DNA of 64,000 bases, taken from the NCBI GenBank assembly GCA_019058315.1, contig JAHPZH010000003.1, positions 620,451 to 684,450 on the forward strand, given 5' to 3'. Position 1 is the stretch's first letter, and each line of letters begins with the position of its first letter. This DNA comes from Candidatus Helarchaeota archaeon (GTDB taxonomy: Archaea > Asgardarchaeota > Lokiarchaeia > Helarchaeales > RDOG01). The notes beneath the pieces are model-generated. The model ran no database searches and was not told the DNA's origin. It was given only the letters and a program-made list of their open reading frames with translations. Below are positions 20,618 through 28,149 of this stretch, one piece after another. The translations under genes and the position numbers were made by a program.

Positions 20618-20691
20618 TGAACCTCACCCCCGCTAAAAAGGGGAATGTAGGGAGGAGGGGGTTAAAAAGTAGATTGCGGGGGCAAGGTTCA
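20618..20691 (-). other. Intergenic long-stem hairpin element, copy E2 (candidate structured RNA)
   Basis: 16-bp inverted repeat 20618-20633 / 20676-20691 with a 42-nt spacer. Its two mismatches become G.U pairs on the minus strand. Confidence 0.7.
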
Positions 20692-20784
20692 TAGTTATAT
20701 TCCTACGGTTTCCTAATAAATACCAATTCAATTTAGTATTTAAACTTTGCTAGTACAGATATATATATTTTTTTTGTGTATTGA

Positions 20785-21687
20785 TTATACTTTAATCGAG
20801 CTTGAACTTACTTTAACCAAAGTTGAAGAACATTCAGGACATAAATAGTCGCCTTCATTTTTAACTTTGAAAAACGTATTACAATTTGTACAAGTAAGCA
20901 CAACACTTTCGATTGTAGTAGGAGTGGCAACATTCAGTAATTTGGATACATAAACAATTTGATTTTCGCACCAGTTAACACCATCCTCGAATTTAGCTTG
21001 TTTTGCCCAAAATAATGCTTCTTTGAGATATTTCAGGGTCTCATGTTTATTTCCTGCTTGGAAATATGCATTAGCTTTATTTGCAGCATCATCGTATTTT
21101 TTATATGATACTTCGGAATGAATTTGAGTTTTTTCGTATTGTATTCCTGCTTCCTTCAATTTATCTATGTATTTAGGGTCAATTACCATCTTTACAAGAG
21201 TGGTAAAAGCTGATTCTACAGACTCACCAGATTTTGCACTAGTTTCAAAATAAAGAGTATTATATTTTTTAGCAAGATCTTGAGCTTCTTCCGTAGAAAC
21301 TTGTTGATCAGGTAAATCTATTTTATTACCTATGAGAATTAGAGGAATTTGTCCAGCGTGATCATAAACTTCTTTAAACCATTTTCCAATATTATAAAAA
21401 CTTTGACGACTAGTCTTATCAAAAACTACAAAACCACTAGTACTGCCATTATAATACATTGGACGGACATAACTAAACTGTTCTTGCCCTCCAGTATCCC
21501 AAATCTGGAATTTTACACTTTGATCATCAACATTTAGAATTTTTGTGCTAAAATCCACTCCAATAGTCATTTTATAATCGTCTTTAAATTTACCTTCTGT
21601 GTAACGAATGGAAAGAGCAGTCTTTCCTACTCCACCATCTCCCACTATAATACATTTTAAAATATAATCATATTTTTGAGAACTCAT
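20785..21687 (-). CDS. Rab-like small GTPase with C-terminal helical domain and zinc ribbon
   Basis: GDGGVGKT, YKMTIGVDF (RabF1-like), QIWDTGGQE, GNKID, ETSAK. C-terminal CTNC...CPEC. Confidence 0.9.
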   Translation of the reverse strand: MSSQKYDYILKCIIVGDGGVGKTALSIRYTEGKFKDDYKMTIGVDFSTKILNVDDQSVKFQIWDTGGQEQFSYVRPMYYNGSTSGFVVFDKTSRQSFYNIGKWFKEVYDHAGQIPLILIGNKIDLPDQQVSTEEAQDLAKKYNTLYFETSAKSGESVESAFTTLVKMVIDPKYIDKLKEAGIQYEKTQIHSEVSYKKYDDAANKANAYFQAGNKHETLKYLKEALFWAKQAKFEDGVNWCENQIVYVSKLLNVATPTTIESVVLTCTNCNTFFKVKNEGDYLCPECSSTLVKVSSSSIKV

Positions 21688-21945
21688 AAAAATAATTCTC
21701 CCTATATAGTGTCGAAAAGATTTAATAATTCAATGAATTTTTCTTAATAAATTTATTTATTAGATAGTGTTTAAAACTCTATTTGTTTTTATCCGATGGG
21801 ATTTTCGCAAATTGTAATAAAAAAAATAGGTTTTTCGCAAAAATTTATTTGAGATTTCTCGATTTTGGTTATAATATCTTAATCTAGACATAGTTAAAAA
21901 AAAAATCCATTTAAAAGAAGTATAATATTTTAAAATTTAAAAGAG

Positions 21946-23427
21946 TCAAGAACCGATAATTGAAATATATTTTTTATAAGCCTCTTCCCATTCTGAAACA
22001 TTTTGAGGAGAATACGATTCAATATCAAATGAATTTCTTACAATTGTCCGAAGATCAGAAAGAGTCGAAATTTCATTCGAATAGAAACATTGAACTAATA
22101 TATTACCGATAGATGTTGATTCAGAAGGTCCAGCCTTTACTTCTAAATTTGTAGCATTGGCAGCAAATTGATTTAAGAGTTTATTTTTGGATCCTCCTCC
22201 AAAGATATGGAATTTATTGATAGATTTCTTTGTAATTTCTTTTAATTTTATGTATACTTCTTTATATTTACACGCTAATGACTCGAGAATACATCTTGTA
22301 ATTTCGCCAATACTATTTGGTATTTTTTGATTAGTTTTTTTGCAATATTGTTTTATCGTTTCAGGCATATTCATAGGATTTAAAAATACAGGATCCTCAG
22401 GATTAATAAAAGAGTTAAATGGTTTAGCTTTCTTGGCCTCTTTCGTCAAATAATCATATGAAAATTCCTTGCCTGATTGTTCCCAAATTCTTTTACATTC
22501 TTGAAGCAACCATAACCCTATAATATTTTTAAGGAAGCGAATAGTGTTTTTAACTCCACCTTCATTTGTAAAATTGTATTTTAATGCTATATCCGATGTA
22601 TTTGGGGCATCTAACTCTACCCCCATAAGGGCCCATGTTCCACTGCTAAGATACAAGAAATCGCTACCTTGGGCAGGAACAGCGGCTATTGCGGCAGCAG
22701 TATCGTGAGATGCAGTTGCAATAACTGGTATTTCACTCATACCTGTTTCATTCGCTATTGCTGGCAATAAATTTCCAATTTTAGTGCCTGGCTGAATAAT
22801 TTCGGGAAACATATCCAGTTCCAACCCTAATTTTTGAATTATAGTTTTTGACCAATTTTTAGCTTTTAAATCATACATTTGGGAAGTAGATGTAAGAGTA
22901 TATTCACAAAAGGCTTTTTTTGTGAATAAATAATTAAAGAAGTCTGCAATCATTAAATATTTTCTCGCTATTTTTAGAAGTGGTGATTTAGAAAGGACCA
23001 TTGAATATAATTGAACTAAACTATTGATTTGAATGAATTGTAGACCAGAAATTTGAAAAAGTTGTTTTTTTGGAATAAGCTCGGTTAATTTTTCTATAAC
23101 TCCATTTGTTCTTTTATCTCGATAATTATAGGGATTACCTACTACCATACCGTTACTATTTAATAAAACGAAATCAACTCCCCAAGAATCAATACCTATA
23201 CTATCTACATTTCCATGTTTTTGAGCAGTTTCGAAAAGCCCTTTTTTCATTTTATCAAAAAATCCTAACACATTCCAGAATAAGGAATCAAATATCCGAG
23301 TTATACCGGTTTCGAAACGATAAATTTCTTCTATTTCTAATTTTTTTTCTTTTTTAGATAAAATTCCTAATATTGCTCTACCACTCGAAGCTCCTAAATC
23401 ATATGCAAGAATTTTCTTATCAGTCAT
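21946..23427 (-). CDS. rhaB: Rhamnulokinase-like FGGY carbohydrate kinase
   Basis: DLGASSGR, GIDSWGVDF, YRDKRT, SHDTAAA, SSGTWAL, FTNEGG, GLWLLQEC. Confidence 0.85.
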   Translation of the reverse strand: MTDKKILAYDLGASSGRAILGILSKKEKKLEIEEIYRFETGITRIFDSLFWNVLGFFDKMKKGLFETAQKHGNVDSIGIDSWGVDFVLLNSNGMVVGNPYNYRDKRTNGVIEKLTELIPKKQLFQISGLQFIQINSLVQLYSMVLSKSPLLKIARKYLMIADFFNYLFTKKAFCEYTLTSTSQMYDLKAKNWSKTIIQKLGLELDMFPEIIQPGTKIGNLLPAIANETGMSEIPVIATASHDTAAAIAAVPAQGSDFLYLSSGTWALMGVELDAPNTSDIALKYNFTNEGGVKNTIRFLKNIIGLWLLQECKRIWEQSGKEFSYDYLTKEAKKAKPFNSFINPEDPVFLNPMNMPETIKQYCKKTNQKIPNSIGEITRCILESLACKYKEVYIKLKEITKKSINKFHIFGGGSKNKLLNQFAANATNLEVKAGPSESTSIGNILVQCFYSNEISTLSDLRTIVRNSFDIESYSPQNVSEWEEAYKKYISIIGS

Positions 23428-23565
23428 TTTAAATCATCAAATTCCTTGGTTTATGAGATCTAAAAAATATTTTTGATAAATTTAAGTTCAATTTTTTCTT
23501 AATATTTATATTCCTCATTAATTACTTAATTTTAAATTAACAAAATGCGTAACGGGTAAAAAAAA

Positions 23566-24279
23566 TTGAAGAATACTGAATTTAAATTGGTTTTTTTTGA
23601 TTTTGATCAAACAATAATTAATTCTGGAGTAGGTTTTTCTGCTGCATATAAAAAATTAGCTGAAAAATTTGAATCAATATTAAAAATCCAAGGTTTACAG
23701 TTAGATTCAGAAGTAATCTTGAATAAAATCCTCACTAAAGACAAGGAATTTAATAAAAATAAAATTTATGATCGTGATTTATGGTGGAACCCGATTTTAA
23801 AGGAATTTAATGTGAAACAAGAATTAAGTCAAGATAAAATCAAAAGACTAACGGAGACTTATTGGAATACAGTTATTGAATACACAGAACCTTATCCAGA
23901 TACATTTGAAATTTTAGATTATTTAAAGGATAAATATAAACTAGCCCTTATATCAGATACTGATGGATTGAAAGGAATGAAAAAAATAAGGATTCAAAAA
24001 AGTAATATTGCACAATATTTCGATTATATAATTGTTCCAGGTGATGATACGAAATCAGTTAAACCAGATCCGGAACCTTTTTTACGGATTGCTAAACAGG
24101 CTAAAGTCAAACCCTCTAAAAAAGAATGTTTAATGATTGGTGATAAACCCTTTACTGACATTAAAGGAGCAAAAAACGCTGGATTTACAACAGTTTTAAT
24201 TCATCGAGCGGATTGGAATGTAGACCCAGTTCCGGATTATCTCATTAAAGAATTGAGGGAATTAAAAGAAATTCTTTAA
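23566..24279 (+). CDS. HAD-superfamily hydrolase
   Basis: FDFDQT motif I, KPDPEPF, MIGDKPFTDIKGA. Confidence 0.9.
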   Translation: MKNTEFKLVFFDFDQTIINSGVGFSAAYKKLAEKFESILKIQGLQLDSEVILNKILTKDKEFNKNKIYDRDLWWNPILKEFNVKQELSQDKIKRLTETYWNTVIEYTEPYPDTFEILDYLKDKYKLALISDTDGLKGMKKIRIQKSNIAQYFDYIIVPGDDTKSVKPDPEPFLRIAKQAKVKPSKKECLMIGDKPFTDIKGAKNAGFTTVLIHRADWNVDPVPDYLIKELRELKEIL

Positions 24280-24381
24280 TTTGAAGATAAAATCTATCAA
24301 ATCTAAAATGAATTTCATTTCTTTTCTTTCGGATATGGATATATTCATTCCATAAGTTAGATTTCCTAGAGATGCTATCAT
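24262..24381 (-). CDS. Candidate 39-aa small protein (below the ORF-track cutoff)
   Basis: AGGTGATAAAAAA-ATG strong SD. Peptide MIASLGNLTYGMNISISERKEMKFILDLIDFIFKLKNFF. Confidence 0.4.
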   Translation of the reverse strand: MIASLGNLTYGMNISISERKEMKFILDLIDFIFKLKNFF

Positions 24382-24491
24382 TTTTTTATCACCTTCATTT
24401 TCAATTTTTTTTTTTTTTTTTATTTCCTAAAATTTAACCAATTTTTTATAAAAAAGATAAAAATTTCAAATTATAATAAAAAAATTTTGGA

Positions 24492-24896
24492 TTATTCTAT
24501 ATCTACTGTACGATCAGGTTCTTTTTTTGGTAAATGAACAGTCAATATCCCTAGTTTTAATGTTGCATAAACTTTTTCTGCTACCACATTTGGTGGGAGT
24601 GGATAAAAATGTGGTTCATCATCAATTTCAATGGTTAATGTATCTGCACTTGCTTTAGCACTAATTTTATCTTTTTCAATACCTGGGACTTCAATTTGAA
24701 GTACATATTCATCTTCTTTATCTTCATAATTGTAAAATGGAAATCCCATTCTTAAACGTCTCATGATACGACCAATGGGAGATTTAAAACCAAACAAAGA
24801 CCCGAATAAATTAAATTTTGAATGGTGATGTGCCCCTAGATGGTGTGGTTCCATTGAGTCGTCCCATCTTTTAAACCATTTTCTAAATTCGCTCAT
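24492..24896 (-). CDS. Hsp20/alpha-crystallin small heat-shock protein
   Basis: IEVPGIEKDKI, LPPNV...ATLKLGILTVHLPK. GGAGGTGA SD. Confidence 0.88.
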   Translation of the reverse strand: MSEFRKWFKRWDDSMEPHHLGAHHHSKFNLFGSLFGFKSPIGRIMRRLRMGFPFYNYEDKEDEYVLQIEVPGIEKDKISAKASADTLTIEIDDEPHFYPLPPNVVAEKVYATLKLGILTVHLPKKEPDRTVDIE

Positions 24897-24920
24897 TTTT
24901 TTCTTTCACCTCCTTCATTT

Positions 24921-25442
24921 CTATTCAATTGGTATATTTACAAATTTCATATCTTTCTCAATTTCTTTTATTTTTTCTTGTTTCTTTTCAATAACGTGAT
25001 TAATCTTTGAAAGTTGTTCTTCAAGGTAATTTTTTCGTCTTTCTAACCTCTTAATTTCTTTTTTAAGGTGATATATTCTTCTCATATCAGTATCTTCTCT
25101 GGGAAAGTCAAAGAAGAAAAAATTTGAAAACTTTTGATGAAATTTCTCAAATCCATCAATCATGTCATCATCCACAATATTTTCTAGCTTTTTTTCTCCT
25201 TCATCAGTTAAACTGTATTTTCTTTTATAGTCATCCCCAGATTCTTCTTGAATCCAATTTCTTTTGAGAAATTTTTTAAGAATTGGATATATAGTACCTG
25301 ATTTAGCTTTGAAAGAAGTATCTCCAAACTCTTTTTTTAGTTCATTTATGATTTCGTTACCATAAAGAGGTTTTTCTTTTAAAACTCTAAGCACAAGTAA
25401 TTCAATTGGACTTATTCTATGATGTTTTCCACGATAATACAT
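24921..25442 (-). CDS. PadR-family transcription regulator with C-terminal coiled coil
   Basis: LYGNEII, SGTIYPILKK, RKYSLTDEG. Confidence 0.9.
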   Translation of the reverse strand: MYYRGKHHRISPIELLVLRVLKEKPLYGNEIINELKKEFGDTSFKAKSGTIYPILKKFLKRNWIQEESGDDYKRKYSLTDEGEKKLENIVDDDMIDGFEKFHQKFSNFFFFDFPREDTDMRRIYHLKKEIKRLERRKNYLEEQLSKINHVIEKKQEKIKEIEKDMKFVNIPIE

Positions 25443-25462
25443 ATTTTATCATTTTTTACTTT

Positions 25463-25499
25463 TGTAGATGTCTACATTATTATAGTAGAATTCTACTAT
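25463..25499. promoter_or_regulatory. Two tandem palindromic operators (GTAGAnnTCTAC) upstream of padR-hsp20
   Basis: TGTAGATGTCTACA (25463-25476) and ATAGTAGAATTCTACTAT (25482-25499), cores 21 bp apart. They abut a minus-strand TTTAAATA TATA-like box at about 25498-25505. Confidence 0.75.
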
Positions 25500-25664
25500 T
25501 TAAATGTTTAGGAAAAAAGTAATTTAGAAAAAGTAATTAGATATATCAAAAAATAAAATAAACAAATTAAAATAGGGTTGAAAGGGTTTCTGTAAAAATA
25601 AGAGTAAAAAGGCGTTGTTATTAGTTAAATCCATAATTAATTATCATGATAAGGGATTTAAGCC

Positions 25665-25743
25665 GGCCTACCACTTTGAAGAAGGGAGGGAGGGGATAAT
25701 TATAAAGGAGAGGTAAAAAAAGCAGTTTTCAAAGAAGTAAGCC
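25665..25743 (-). other. Intergenic long-stem hairpin element, copy E3 (candidate structured RNA)
   Basis: Arms 25665-25680 / 25728-25743 form 15 of 16 pairs on the minus strand, including 2 G.U. 47-nt C/U-rich loop similar to E2. Confidence 0.55.
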
Positions 25744-26165
25744 TTTTGCCATCCCATTACCATTACTTAATTATTGGATTTTTATATTTTTTTTAATAAC
25801 CTCTTTATAATAATTTTTCCTATTATAATTTCTTTGGTATTAATCTTTTTCCTCACTCTACAGAATAATTATTTATCCTTCGAGAAATTTATAATACCTC
25901 GATATAATAACCAACTTAAAAGTATATATACCTTATGAGTCCAATTATACGAAAAACCATACTTTTCTACACATGATTAGTCAAAAAAATGTGCATGTAT
26001 GCCTTTTAAATAATATAAAGAGCTTAAGTCAATTCAATTTTACTTAATTTTAATTTTTATCATTTTTTTAATTATACACTAATTAAATCAATTTTATTCG
26101 ATTACTAAGAAAAAAACTAATTAAATTCATAAGAGCGAAGATTTGTTTAAGAATTCTTTATTATT

Positions 26166-27134
26166 CTAAATTTCAGGTAGAAATATTTTATATAATTTTC
26201 TTAAAGATGGAATTCCATGGATTTCTTCTTTAAAAAACGGAATAGTAATGGGATTATACTGCTTAAATCTCTCTTGAATTATTTTTAACTCATGATCTTG
26301 AATTATTTTTTTGGCTTTACAAAATTCACAGTCAGTACTTATTGGAAAAATTTTATTAACAAGCAATTGTCCAATTGGAATCTCATAATTATTTATTTCG
26401 TTTATTAGTCGAGCGGTTTCATTAATACTTAGAGTTTCAGGGATAGTCACAACATTAAATCGAGTTGTTTTCTCATTTGATAGCAAATTCTTTGTTCTAA
26501 TAGCCCAATCTTTTATTTTTTCCATGAATTCTGCAGGATCATCAAACCCTTCTTTATCTTCTTTCTTCTTTCTCCTAAAAAAACCTGCAAGTTTTTCAGC
26601 AAAAACACCCACCTTTTGTCGTAATTGAATAAGGCGCATTGCCGTACCTTTCATGAAATCAGGAAAAGATAAAAAACGGAGAGTATGACCTGTTGGGGCA
26701 GTATCAATTATAATTAGATCAAAATCTGAATGCAGGTTAAAAGTTCTATTTAAATCAATAACACTAAATCCATCAATCATACCCGGAACTAATTCTAGTG
26801 AATCACCCAAAATAAATTTATATTCTGGATATTTATCTAGATAAGGTTGATAGTCTTTGGCAACTTGAGCAGTTTCTATTTCTTTTACAGATAGTTTAGA
26901 AATTCCATCAACTGATACTATTTGTCCACCCGTTAAATCTTGGTCAAAGATATCGCTTAAAGAATGTGCTGGGTCTGAGGATATCAATAAAGTTTTAGTT
27001 TTATGTTCTGCTGCCCAGAGTGCAGTTGCTGAAGCTAAGCTGGTCTTTCCAACACCACCTTTGCCACCAAATAATAATAGATGGCGACCATTTTCCTGTA
27101 AAAATTTTGCAATGGAGTCCATTTTATCATCCAT
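26166..27134 (-). CDS. ArsA/Get3(TRC40)-family ATPase, single domain, Get3-like
   Basis: GKGGVGKT, SSDPAHSLSD, DTAPTGHT, VNK, C-terminal CEFC (CxxC). Confidence 0.88.
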   Translation of the reverse strand: MDDKMDSIAKFLQENGRHLLLFGGKGGVGKTSLASATALWAAEHKTKTLLISSDPAHSLSDIFDQDLTGGQIVSVDGISKLSVKEIETAQVAKDYQPYLDKYPEYKFILGDSLELVPGMIDGFSVIDLNRTFNLHSDFDLIIIDTAPTGHTLRFLSFPDFMKGTAMRLIQLRQKVGVFAEKLAGFFRRKKKEDKEGFDDPAEFMEKIKDWAIRTKNLLSNEKTTRFNVVTIPETLSINETARLINEINNYEIPIGQLLVNKIFPISTDCEFCKAKKIIQDHELKIIQERFKQYNPITIPFFKEEIHGIPSLRKLYKIFLPEI

Positions 27135-27212
27135 TTATCTTTAAATTACTTAGTTATTAATTTCATATAAATAATTTAAAATATTCATTTAGTTTCACTA
27201 TCTATTAATAAA

Positions 27213-28067
27213 TTATTTCCATGATTCTAAAACGACTATCGTAGTTCTTTGAATCATAAACTCTCCAAGATGCTGTCTGAAAAATTTAATTCTTTTATTA
27301 AATGAAAGTTCTTCTTCAATATATCTATTAAATTTTTCATCTGTCCACCCCACATTCTTCAGGAATTGGAGGTAGAAATCCTTCGAAGACTGAATTAATT
27401 TTAAATAAGCGGATTTATTAAAGGTCTTTTCCCATAAATCAATTAATTTTTCCGTTATCTTCGTTTTTTGTTCAAAAATATATTCATACCGTTCAGAATT
27501 TAATTCAAATTTTGAAAATAAATTTTGAATATAATTGCCTTCATCTTTTATCGGGCAACCCATTTTCTCTACACCTTTTAAATATTCGCTGTAAAAATAA
27601 GAATCTTCAATTTCAATTGGAATTTTTTCAAATTTACTTTTCTCTATAACTAAAGATATGAATCTACCATCTTTCTTCTTAACCCTTATCATTTCATCTA
27701 TAGCATTTAAAGGATTTTCTAACCATTCCAATAAACCAAAGGATGTTATTACATTAAATTCGTCTCTTGGAAAATCCATAGTATAGACATCACCATATGA
27801 TAAATGGATGTTCTCGGGTTTACCCCAATGCTTTTGACCCCAATTTATTAAATTTTGGTCAATATCGATACCATAAATTTGGTAAGCATTTTTATACATT
27901 TTATAAATTAGTCGAGGTACTGTCCCAATCCCACAACCGACATCTAATATCTTTTCTTGATTTTTTAATTTAATGATTTTTTTAAAAAAATCCCTAAACT
28001 TACTATCTTTAATGTAATTTTCCCTACTTCTTTTCATTAAATCCGCAAAATTCCAATTTATTTTCAA
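27213..28067 (-). CDS. Class I SAM-dependent methyltransferase
   Basis: ILDVGCGIG, YGIDID, GDVYTMDF. Confidence 0.85.
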   Translation of the reverse strand: MKINWNFADLMKRSRENYIKDSKFRDFFKKIIKLKNQEKILDVGCGIGTVPRLIYKMYKNAYQIYGIDIDQNLINWGQKHWGKPENIHLSYGDVYTMDFPRDEFNVITSFGLLEWLENPLNAIDEMIRVKKKDGRFISLVIEKSKFEKIPIEIEDSYFYSEYLKGVEKMGCPIKDEGNYIQNLFSKFELNSERYEYIFEQKTKITEKLIDLWEKTFNKSAYLKLIQSSKDFYLQFLKNVGWTDEKFNRYIEEELSFNKRIKFFRQHLGEFMIQRTTIVVLESWK

Positions 28068-28149
28068 ATTGATACCTCTTCATTATAAAACACACTCTAT
28101 AAAGTATAAAAATTATCAAATTGCGTTTTTAACAAAATTAAAATAGAAT

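Noticed and set aside
20618-20695. E2 as a SECIS (minus strand reads AUGAA-12 nt-AA)
   Set aside because: The 3' side is UUCA, which pairs Watson-Crick with UGAA instead of forming the tandem G.A quartet, and the upstream Rab-like gene has no in-frame UGA.
24405-24421. 17-nt T homopolymer as a phase-variation tract
   Set aside because: Intergenic between convergent genes; adequately explained as an archaeal oligo-T terminator or low-complexity AT sequence.
26166-27134. Arsenite-efflux ArsA
   Set aside because: Single domain, no ars operon context, and a Get3-type CxxC is present.
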